Origin: an uncultured Actinomycetota bacterium
GTDB lineage: Bacteria; Actinomycetota; Actinomycetes; DATJPE01
Assembly (NCBI GenBank): GCA_963736655.1
Contig: CAVTPM010000005.1
Span: 453,295 to 517,294 of the forward strand
Direction of reading: 5' to 3'
DNA length: 64,000 nucleotides
The position numbers and the translations under genes were made by a program. Position 1 is the stretch's first letter. The number at the start of each line of letters is the position of its first letter. The notes beneath the pieces were generated by a model. The model saw only the letters and a program-made list of their open reading frames with translations, did not search any database and was not told the DNA's origin. Of this stretch, positions 34,237 through 43,300 are shown one piece after another.

Positions 34237-34470
34237 GGTGCGCTCCTTCGCGGACGGGCCTCCGGCGGAGGCACGGCTTCGACGAAGGGACGAGGCTCCG
34301 GCAGGCGCCGGGGTCCCGCGGTACCACCCTCCTTGGCAGGCATTGCCCGTCGGTCACCCGACCCGCTCCGCCCACCCACTCGTGGCGACCCGCGGTGGCT
34401 CAGAGGTGATCTTCGTCGAGGCCAGGCCCCCGGGCTCGCACCGTCCCCGGGTCGCTCAAGGCTGCGTCCT
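34237..34470 (-). promoter_or_regulatory. T-box riboswitch leader of ileS (Ile specifier AUC)
   Basis: The minus strand reads AGGAGGGUGGUACCGCGGGACCCC (plus 34311-34334), matching the conserved T-box sequence. Upstream GACGAAGAUCACC holds an AUC-A specifier (plus 34409-34411). The leader ends at the ileS SD and GTG. Confidence 0.75.
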
Positions 34471-34534
34471 GGACTACTTGTCCTCGTCGGCGCCGTACAG
34501 GTCGTGGCCATCGTAGGCGACCGACCGGTCGTGG

Positions 34535-36046
34535 TCACTCGGGTAGCACCGGCTGGGGCGGCACGAGGTAGGCCCGTCCTCCGGGGCTGGTCCAGAGCAG
34601 GCCGTCCGACCGCTGCTCCACCCGCCACCCGTGATGGGTCTTGAGCAGGTGGTGCCAGGTGCACTCCGGCCGCAGGTTGGCGGCGGACGTACGCCCTCCG
34701 CCTTCCGTCGTCGAATCCGGATCGCGTGGACGTGTCGTGCCGGGTGGTGCGGTGCCTGATGTGTCCGGTGGGTCGCCTCGGGGAGCCGGGCGTCCGTCGG
34801 CTCGGGCGAAGGCGTCGAGATGGTCGAGCTGGGCGTGTCGCGAGGAGCGGTCACACCGCGGCGCGACGCACATCCGATCGCGCGCGAGGACGAAGTCGCG
34901 CAGCTCCTGTGGAGGTGCGTAGGTCGATCGGCCGTAGTCGAGCAGGTGTCCGGTGACCGGGTCGCTGATGAACCGGCGCCACTCGGCGTCCTCGGCGAGC
35001 AGCCGGGCGATCGGCGCGGGCAGCGGGCCGTGGCCGGGGATCTCGGCAGGGTGGTCGCGCAGCCCCATCAGCGTCGGCAGGTCGATGACGACCTGGAGCT
35101 CGATGGGGCGGCGCTGCGGCTTGGGCGCGTCGGGGTCAGCCAGCTCCTGCTGGGCCCAGCGCAGGAGCGTGTCGACGCGGTAGGCCCCCAACCGCTTGCG
35201 TGACGACGGGCCGGGCTCGTCCCCTGCAGGCTGGTCCCGGTTCCCGTCGCGGCCGCGGTCGCGACGGGCGCACGCGTCCAGGGTGTTCCAGAGGATGGCT
35301 GCGTCGACCGTCGGAAGGGTGGCCAGGATCGTCGACTGGCCGGTCGCCGCGTCGTCGTACTTCACGACATCGCTCATGCCCGCCGCCTCGAGGTGGGCGA
35401 GCGCCTCGCCCAAGGGATCGATGCGCATCAGCGCCCGACGCACGGAACGTTTGAACGCGGGCACCGCTTGATGCGGCGCGCGGCGGAGGACCCGTTCCTC
35501 GACCGCTGCCGCGATGTCGTCCGAGCGTCCGCCGAGCAGATCGACGAGGGACATGACGTGCGCAAGGGAGACCTCGCCGCCCTCGAGCGCCGCTGCCGTG
35601 AGCGGAAGCCGGGTCGACAGCTGGCGCGCAAGGTCGGTCCGCCGGTCGGCCTGCCCGACCGTGAGGTTGAGCGCAGTGCGGATCTCCTCACTCGCCGGGT
35701 CGATCTCGCTGCTCGTCCCCGGCCGGCTTGCCTCCTCCTGCGCGACGACACGAGCGATTGCCGCGCTGCTGCGCGCCGCGACCCAGCGAGAGACCCGCTC
35801 CCAGGCTTGCGCCACCGTGACCGCGTCGTCCGAGGCAACCGGCCCTGCCTCGACCTCGGTGAGCAGCGCCACCAGCTCGGGCCCGGGCGCCCCGCTGAGC
35901 ACCGTCTCCAGCAGCCGGGCCTCCAGCGAGACATGCCCTGCCGACATCGACACGTCGAACACCGCACCGTCGCCACCGAACCGAAGTGCGGGGGTGGCCG
36001 GCGTCGACCGCGGTGCGGTCTCGGCGGCCAGCGACCTATCGAACAT
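34535..36046 (-). CDS. DUF222 + HNH endonuclease-motif protein (REP13E12-like family), copy 1
   Basis: Intact ORF from ATG 36046 (MFDRSLAAE...). The C-terminus reads CVAPRCDRSSRHAQLDH...GGRTSAANLRPECTWHHLLKTHHGW (HNH-type signature). Confidence 0.8.
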   Translation of the reverse strand: MFDRSLAAETAPRSTPATPALRFGGDGAVFDVSMSAGHVSLEARLLETVLSGAPGPELVALLTEVEAGPVASDDAVTVAQAWERVSRWVAARSSAAIARVVAQEEASRPGTSSEIDPASEEIRTALNLTVGQADRRTDLARQLSTRLPLTAAALEGGEVSLAHVMSLVDLLGGRSDDIAAAVEERVLRRAPHQAVPAFKRSVRRALMRIDPLGEALAHLEAAGMSDVVKYDDAATGQSTILATLPTVDAAILWNTLDACARRDRGRDGNRDQPAGDEPGPSSRKRLGAYRVDTLLRWAQQELADPDAPKPQRRPIELQVVIDLPTLMGLRDHPAEIPGHGPLPAPIARLLAEDAEWRRFISDPVTGHLLDYGRSTYAPPQELRDFVLARDRMCVAPRCDRSSRHAQLDHLDAFARADGRPAPRGDPPDTSGTAPPGTTRPRDPDSTTEGGGRTSAANLRPECTWHHLLKTHHGWRVEQRSDGLLWTSPGGRAYLVPPQPVLPE

Positions 36047-36053
36047 GACAACG

Positions 36054-36076
36054 ACGCTACGACCCAGCACCGACAA
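36054..36076 (-). promoter_or_regulatory. RecA-NDp (PafBC-type) DNA-damage promoter motif for HNH copy 1
   Basis: Minus strand: TTGTCGGTG (36076-36068), 8 nt, TAGCGT (36059-36054), 7 nt, ATG (36046). Matches tTGTCRgtg-N8-TAnnnT. Confidence 0.55.
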
Positions 36077-36237
36077 GTCCGCGGGAAGGAGGTGTCGCGC
36101 TGTGGAGAGCGATCATGGACGCCCTGGGCGGAAGATCGCCCATCGATCGTGGGCTGGGCGGCGCGCCTCGTTGTTGGGGGGTCGCGAGCCCTCTATCCTC
36201 CGGTGACCGTGCGCGAGCGAGGGATCGGGGTCGAGCC

Positions 36238-37198
36238 ATGCCGGACAGCCGCAAGGCCACGTCGGGGCAGGTACGTGCTGCCCTGAAGGGTGTGCTGTCG
36301 CGCGCCTCGGCGCCCGTCGGCGTGCGCGTCGCCGCGGCCAGGGCCGCGACCGCGAAGACGACGACCAAGGCCTCAGTGACCAAGGCCTCAGTGACCAAGG
36401 AGCCGGCCAAGAAGGCTCCCGCGACGAAGGCGGCTCCGGCCAAGGCGCCGGCGAAGAAGGCTCCCGCGACGAAGGCTGCACCGGCGAAGAAGGCTCCCGC
36501 GACGAAGGCGGCTCCGGCCAAGGCGCCGGCGAAGAAGGCTCCTGCGACGAAGGCGGCTCCGGCCAAGGCGCCGGCGAAGAAGGCTCCCGCGACGAAGGCG
36601 GCTCCGGCCAAGGCGCCGGCGAAGAAGGCTCCCGCGACGAAGGCTGCTCCGGCCAAGGCGCCGGCGAAGAAGGCTCCCGCGACGAAGGCGGCTCCGGCCA
36701 AGGCGCCGGCGAAGAAGGCTCCCGCGACGAAGGCGGCTCCGGCCAAGGCGCCGGCGAAGGCGGCAGTCAAGATCGGCGGCGTCGAAGACGTCTCCAGCTC
36801 GTCCCGCGCGGCTGGTGGTGCGGGCCGACGAGACCCCCTGGACGGCCAAGGAGCGCGCCGAGGTCCGCAAGGAGCTCGATGTCGAGCTCGCGCGGCTGCG
36901 CGGCGAGATCGCGGTCGCCGAGGAGGGCTTGGCCGACCTCATCCGCGACTCGGGCGACGGCGCCGGCGACGACCAGGCCGACGCGGGCACCAAGACCTTC
37001 GAGCGTGAGCACGAGATGTCGCTGGCCAACAACGCGCGCGACATGCTCCAGCAGACCGAGCGCGCGTTGCGCCGCCTCGACGACGGCAGCTACGGCGTGT
37101 GCGAGTCGTGCGGCAACCCGATCGGCAAGGCTCGGCTGCAGGTGTTCCCACGTGCGACCCTGTGCATGTCATGCAAACAGAAGGAGGAGCGTCGCTGA
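36238..37198 (+). CDS. DdbA-like protein: Lys/Ala/Pro-rich histone H1-like N-terminal repeats fused to a C-terminal DksA/TraR C4 zinc finger; the fusion requires a frame break ~36810
   Basis: ATG 36238 opens [11 protein letters not shown]...([15 protein letters not shown])n in the frame of ORF 36115..37008. ORF 36815..37198 reads ...[18 protein letters not shown]...[26 protein letters not shown]. Located immediately upstream of lspA, as remembered for SCO2075. Confidence 0.65.
36406..36753 (+). repeat. Tandem 45-bp in-frame coding repeat: 7 full copies plus one 33-bp copy
   Basis: The unit gcgaagaaggctcccgcgacgaaggcggctccggccaaggcgccg repeats head to tail, with only a few third-position differences. 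It is preceded by a 15-bp doublet aaggcctcagtgacc x2 (36367-36396). Confidence 0.9.
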
Positions 37199-37755
37199 GC
37201 GACGCCGACCACACTCCCCGAACCCGCCGCACCACTGCCCTGCTCCTGGGGGTGGCGGCTGTCGTCGTGCTGCTCGACCTGGCGACGAAGGTGTGGATCG
37301 TCCACGAGTGGCCGTTCGACCCCATCGAGCTGTTCGGCGGATGGATCACGATCACCCACGTCCGCAACCCCGGAGCGGCCTTCAGCATCGGAACCGGCAC
37401 CACGTGGATCTTCACCGCCGTGGCCGCCGTGGTGGTCGTCGTCATCCTGCGCACGGCGCGGCGGCTGCGCTCGTTGGCCTGGGCGATCTGCCTCGGGGGT
37501 CTGCTCGGTGGTGCTCTCGGCAACCTCATCGACCGGGTCTTCCGCTCGCCCGGCCCCTTCCGCGGCTACGTCGTCGACTGGATCGAGTGGCCGAACTTCC
37601 CGGTCTTCAACCTGGCCGACTCGGCGATCGTCTGCTCGGTCATCGGGATCGTGCTGCTCACCCTGCTGGGGTTCGAGATGGACGGAAGCCGCCACGGCTG
37701 GGCTGCGCGGAACCGGCCCGAGCACCTGGGGACCACCGAGGTGGAGGACGCATGA
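37171..37755 (+). CDS. lspA: Lipoprotein signal peptidase II (start uncertain)
   Basis: [19 protein letters not shown]...[12 protein letters not shown]...GNLIDRV...[23 protein letters not shown] 37171 overlaps the end of the upstream gene. Confidence 0.85.
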   Translation: MQTEGGASLSDADHTPRTRRTTALLLGVAAVVVLLDLATKVWIVHEWPFDPIELFGGWITITHVRNPGAAFSIGTGTTWIFTAVAAVVVVVILRTARRLRSLAWAICLGGLLGGALGNLIDRVFRSPGPFRGYVVDWIEWPNFPVFNLADSAIVCSVIGIVLLTLLGFEMDGSRHGWAARNRPEHLGTTEVEDA

Positions 37756-38688
37756 CCGGCGACGAGATCCGTCGCCTGCCCGTTCCCGACGGGCTCGAGG
37801 GAGAGCGCGTCGACTCCGCGCTCGCTCGGATCTTCGGGCTGTCCCGGACCAAGGCCGCCGAGCTGGCGGCCCACGGCAAGGTGACCCTCGACGGCACCGC
37901 GGTCGGCAAGAGCGACCGGGTGTCAGCGGGCGCCTGGCTCGAGGTGGAGATCCCCGCGCCGCCCGCTGCGCTCACGGTCGTGGCCGAACCGGTTCCCGGT
38001 CTGCTCGTCGTCCATGACGACGACGACCTCATCGTGGTCGACAAGCCCGCCGGGGTCGCCGCCCACGCGAGTCCGGGGTGGACCGGTCCGACGGTCGTCG
38101 GTGGGCTGGCCGGCGCCGGCTATCGGGTGTCGACGTCCGGTGCCGCCGAGCGGCAGGGCGTGGTCCACCGGCTCGATGTCGGGACCAGCGGTCTCATGGT
38201 CGTCGCCAAGTCCGAGCACGCCTACACGGTGCTGAAGCGAGCCTTCAAGGAGCGCACGGTCGAGAAGGTCTACCACGCGCTCGCTCAGGGTCATCTCGAT
38301 CCCAGCCGGGGCACCGTCGACGCGCCCATCGGACGCCATCCCAGCCACGACTGGCGCTGGGCGGTGGTCGGGGACGGAAAGCCCAGCATCACCCACTACG
38401 AGACGCTGGAGGCCTTCCGCGCGGGGTCGCTGCTGGAGATCCAGCTCGAGACCGGTCGCACGCACCAGATCCGGGTGCACCTGAGCGCGCTCCGCCACCC
38501 CTGCGTCGGCGACCTGACCTACGGAGCCGACCCGGTGCTCGCTGCGCGCCTCGGTCTGGAACGCCAGTGGCTGCACGCTCGCCGGCTCGCCTTCGACCAC
38601 CCCAGCACGGGGGAGCGGGTGCGTCTTCACCTCGCCCTATCCGGCCGACCTGTCCCACGCCCTGGACGTGATCCGGGGAGAGTCATGA
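37752..38688 (+). CDS. rluD: 23S rRNA pseudouridine synthase RluD family; frame break ~38622
   Basis: ATGA overlap with lspA. S4 domain, then [11 protein letters not shown]...[18 protein letters not shown]...GRTHQIRVH. The C-terminus [20 protein letters not shown] is read after a one-base shift. Confidence 0.85.
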
Positions 38689-39167
38689 CCGTCCTCGAGG
38701 TCGGCGTGGTCACTGCCCCCGACCTCGTCGAGGTGGCGTACGCCCTTCGGTACGAGGTCTTCGTCGACGAGCAAGGGGTGCCGGTCGAGCTCGAGCGCGA
38801 CGAGCGCGACCGCGACGCCGATCACGTGCTCGCGATCGTCGACGGGACCCCGGTGGGAGCCGGCCGGCTGGTCGTCGAGCCGGCGGGGTTCGAGGGTCTC
38901 GATCCTGCGCTCGGTGCGGTGGGGCACCTGGGCCGGCTCGCGGTCGTGCGGGAGGCACGCGGCGCCGGCCTCGGAGCGGCCCTGGTCCGGGTCATCGAGG
39001 AGCGAGCCGTCGAGCGTGGGCTGGCGTGCGTCTACCTGGGCGCGCAGACCCACGCACGCGGCTTCTACGAGGGACTTGGCTACTCGGCCTTCGGCGAGGA
39101 GTTCGACGACGCCGGGCTGCCCCACCGGCACATGTGGCGCCCTCTTGACGCACCCCGTTCCCGATGA
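38685..39167 (+). CDS. GNAT-family N-acetyltransferase
   Basis: ATGA overlap with the rluD stop. [12 protein letters not shown]...[19 protein letters not shown]...GFYEGLGY. Confidence 0.8.
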   Translation: MTVLEVGVVTAPDLVEVAYALRYEVFVDEQGVPVELERDERDRDADHVLAIVDGTPVGAGRLVVEPAGFEGLDPALGAVGHLGRLAVVREARGAGLGAALVRVIEERAVERGLACVYLGAQTHARGFYEGLGYSAFGEEFDDAGLPHRHMWRPLDAPRSR

Positions 39168-39224
39168 TCAAGGAATCCGGCACTGATCAAGGCGACTCGA
39201 CCGGTGCAGGATTCCTTGATCATC
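39163..39224. repeat. 16-bp perfect inverted repeat (30-nt loop) with a third direct half-site; terminator or operator candidate
   Basis: gatgatcaaggaatcc (39163-78) and ggattccttgatcatc (39209-24). tgatcaagg occurs again at 39184-92. The left arm overlaps the GNAT stop. Locally AT-rich for this genome. Confidence 0.45.
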
Positions 39225-39269
39225 TCGGGGCGGCGGGAATGACCGGGGCGGCGGGCGACTTGGTCCCTG

Positions 39270-40175
39270 GTGATGACTGACACCCCGGCACCCGCGCCCC
39301 CGTCCACCGCTGCCGCTCCGTCGGCACGGCCCAGCGGCACGTTCGCGCTCGGAGGTGACCTGCCCGTCACGCGCCTCGGCTTCGGCGCCATGCGCATCAC
39401 CGGACGCGGGATCTGGGGTCCTCCGGCCGACCACGACACCGCGATCGCGGTGCTGCGCCGGGCGGTCGAGCTCGGCGTCGACTTCATCGACACGGCGGAC
39501 TCCTACGGCCCCTTCGTCTCCGAGGACCTCATCCGCGAGGCGCTGCACCCCTACGACGGGGTCGTCATCGCCACCAAGGCCGGTTTCACCCGGCAGGGCC
39601 CGGACCGGTGGGTCGTGGTCGGTCGGCCCGAGTACCTGCGCCAGTGCCTGGAGATGTCCCTGCGCAGGCTCGGCGTCGAGCAGATCGACCTCTACCAGCT
39701 GCACCGCATCGACCCTCTCGTCCCCCTCGAGGACCAGGTCGGTGAGCTGAAGGCGCTTCAGGACGAGGGCAAGATCCGTCATCTTGGGCTGTCCGAGGTC
39801 AGCGTCGAGGAGCTCGAGGCGGCTCGCGAGATCGCCCCCATCGTCAGCGTCCAGAACCTGTACAACCTGGCCAACCGGCAGTCCGAGGCCCTCCTCGACC
39901 ACGCCACGAGCGGAGGGCATCGGCTTCATCCCCTGGTTCCCGATCGCCAACCGCGAGCTGGCCCGCGCAGGGGGGCCGCTCGATGCCCTGGCGCGTCGCA
40001 CGGGTCACACACCGGCTCAGCTGGCGCTCGGCGTGGCTGCTGCGTCGGTCCCCGGTGATGCTTCCGATCCCCGGGACGGGCTCGCTCGGACCATCTCGAG
40101 GAGAACGTCGCGGCGGCCCAGGTGGTGCTCACCGACGAGGTCTACGCCGAGCTCTCGGCCCTCGTCGCCGCGTGA
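39270..40175 (+). CDS. Aldo/keto reductase; three apparent frame breaks (~39912, ~40030, ~40090)
   Basis: [10 protein letters not shown]...[16 protein letters not shown]...[10 protein letters not shown]...[10 protein letters not shown]. Continues in other frames as [10 protein letters not shown]... / [19 protein letters not shown] / [18 protein letters not shown]..., ending TGA 40173-75. Confidence 0.75.
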
Positions 40176-40351
40176 GTCCGGGCGCGTCGTCGGTCGTACG
40201 GCGTGTCGCCGGCATCCCCCCGGCACGTCGGTTCGGAGTCGTCCCCACCCCGGGCTAGGCTCGACGGGTCGGCCGACTTCCCCCGGTCAGGCACCCCCCG
40301 GGAGGCAGGACCGCCTCGTCCGGGTGACTCGTGCCCCTGGGAGGTGCAAGC

Positions 40352-43300
40352 GTGGCGTCGACCGGTGGTGACGGCTTTGCGCACCTGCACGTCCACACCG
40401 AGTACTCGATGCTCGACGGTGCCGCCCGGGTCAAGGACCTGTTCGCCGAGGCGGCCAAGCAGGAGATGCCCGCGCTGGCGATGACCGACCACGGCAACGT
40501 GTTCGGCGCCTACGACTTCTACAAGCAGGCGAAGGCGACCGGGGTCAACCCGATCATCGGCATGGAGGGCTACTACGTCCCGATCGGCAGCCGGTTCGAC
40601 CGCCAGCCGTTCACGTTCGGTGCCGGCGTCGGGCAGGACGTCGGCGATGAAGGAATGACGAAGGGCAAGGTCAACTACACCCACATGACCCTGCTCGCCC
40701 AGGACAACGTGGGCCTGCACAACCTCTTCCGCATCTCCAGCCTGGCCAGCCTGGAGGGGCAGTACCGCAAGTACCCGCGCTTCGACCGCGAGCTCCTGGA
40801 ACGCTACGCCAAGGGCATCATCGCGACGACCGGCTGCCCCTCGGGTGAGGTCAACCGCTGGCTCCAGGTCGGCAACTACGAACGTGCTCTGCAGGCCGCA
40901 GCCGACTACCGCGACATCTTCGGGGCCGGCAACTTCTTCTGCGAGCTGATGGACCACGACCTGGAGATCGAGCGACGCACCCGCGACGACCTCCTGAAGA
41001 TCGCCCGCGCCCTCGAGCTCCCGCTGCTGGCGACGAACGACCTGCACTACACCCACGCCGCCGATGCCGACGCCCACGAGGCGCTGCTGTGCGTGCAGAC
41101 CGGCAAGACGCTGGCCGACCCGAACCGGTTCCGCTTCGATGCCCGCGACTTCTACCTCAAGACCGCGGCCGAGATGCGCCATGTCTGGCGGGACCTGCCC
41201 GAGGCGTGCGACAACACCCTGCTGGTCGCCGAGCGGTGCTCGATCTCGTTCAACGAGGGCGCCAACCTGATGCCGCGCTTCGGCGTGCCCGAGGGGGAGT
41301 CCGAGGACTCCTGGCTGGTCAAGGAGGTCGAGCTCGGTCTGCATCGACGCTTCCCCCTCGGCATCTCCGACGCCCATCGTGCCCAGGCCGACTACGAGCT
41401 CGGCGTGATCTGCCAGATGGGCTTCCCCGGGTACTTCCTCGTGGTCGCCGACCTGGTCCGGTTCGCCCACGAGAGCAACATCCGGGTAGGGCCCGGCCGC
41501 GGGTCGGCCGCGGGCTCCCTCGTCTCCTACGCTCTCGGTATCACCGAGCTCGACCCGATCAAGCACGGGTTGCTCTTCGAGCGCTTCCTCAACCCCGAGC
41601 GCATCTCGATGCCCGACATCGACATGGACTTCGACGAGCGCCGCCGCGGCGACATGATCCGCTACGCCACCGAGAAGTACGGCGAGGAGCGCGTCGCGCA
41701 GATCATCACCTACAGCAACATCAAGGCGAAGGCTGCGGTCAAGGACGCCGCTCGCGTGCTGGGCTACCCCTACGCGATGGGCGACCGGCTCACCAAGGCG
41801 ATGCCGCCCTCGGTCATGGGCAAGGACATCTCCCTCGCGGGCATCTTCGATCCGACGGACTCCCGGTACGCAGAGGCGGGGGAGTTCCGCGCCCTCTACG
41901 AGACCGAGCCGGACGTCACGAAGGTCGTCGACACGGCCCTCGGCCTGGAGGGACTGAAGCGCCAGTGGGGCGTGCACGCGGCCGGCGTGATCTTGTGCAG
42001 CGAGCCGCTCCTCGACGTGATCCCGATCCAGCGGCGCGACGCGGACGGCGCGATCATCACCCAGCTCGACATGGGGGCGTGCGAGGCGCTGGGCCTGCTG
42101 AAGATGGACTTCCTGGGGTTGCGCAACCTCACGATCCTCGACGACTGCCTGGGCCACATCAGGACCAACCACGGCATCGAGCTCGTCCTCGAGGACCTGG
42201 ACCTCGATGCCGACCGCCCGACGTACGAGCTGCTGGGTCGGGGTGACACGCTCGGCATCTTCCAGCTCGAGGGCGCCGGCATGCGGTCCCTGCTCCGGCT
42301 CATGCAGCCGACGTCGTTCGCGGACATCTCCGCCGTCGGCGCGCTCTACCGGCCCGGGCCCATGGGGGCCAACGCCCACAACGACTACGCCGACCGGAAG
42401 AACGGCCGCCAGCAGGTGGTCCCCATCCACCCCGAGCTCGCCGAGCCGCTCGCGGAGATCCTCGACGAGACCCATGGCCTGCTCGTCTACCAGGAGCAGG
42501 TCCTGGCGATCGCGCAGAAGGTGGCCGGCTACTCCCTCGGTCAAGCCGACCTGCTCCGCAAGGCGATGGGCAAGAAGAAGAAGGAGATCCTCGACAAGGA
42601 GTACGACGGCTTCAGTGCGGGCATGCGCGCCAACGGCTACACCGAGGCAGCCATCAAGACTCTGTGGGACACCCTCGTCCCCTTCTCCGACTACGGCTTC
42701 AACAAGGCGCACAGCGCGGGCTACGGCGTCCTGTCGTTCTGGACGGCGTACCTCAAGGCCAACTACCCGGCCGAGTACATGGCCGCGCTGCTCACCTCGG
42801 TGCGCGACGACAAGGACAAGTCCGCGCTCTACCTCAACGAGTGCCGGCGCATGGGGATCAAGGTGCTGCCCCCGGACGTCAACGACTCCGACGGCGACTT
42901 CACGCCCCGCGGCACCGACATCCGCTTCGGGCTGTCGGCCATCCGCAACGTGGGTGCCAACGTCGTCGAGTCGCTCGTGGCGACGCGGCGTGCCAAGGGT
43001 CGTTTCAGCGACTTCACGGACTTCCTCGCCAAGGTCGACGCCGTGGTCTGCAACAAGCGCACCGTCGAGTCCTTGATCAAGGCGGGGGCCTTCGACTCCC
43101 TCGGGCACACCCGGCGGGGGCTGACGGCGGTCCATGCCGAGGCGATCGATGCGGTGCTCGAGACCAAGCGGGCCGAGGCGATCGGGCAGTTCGATCTCTT
43201 CGGCGGTGGAGACGAAGGCGCGCCGGCTCTCGGGTTCGAGCTCGCCATCCCGGTCGGCGAGTGGGACAAGACGGTGCTGCTGGCGGCCGAGCGCGACATG

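Noticed and set aside
36406-36753. Regular repeat array that could be mistaken for a CRISPR or other non-coding array
   Set aside because: The units are contiguous with no spacers, lie in frame, and encode [15 protein letters not shown]. There are no cas genes. The 237-aa antisense ORF 36057..36770 is a by-product of the repeat.
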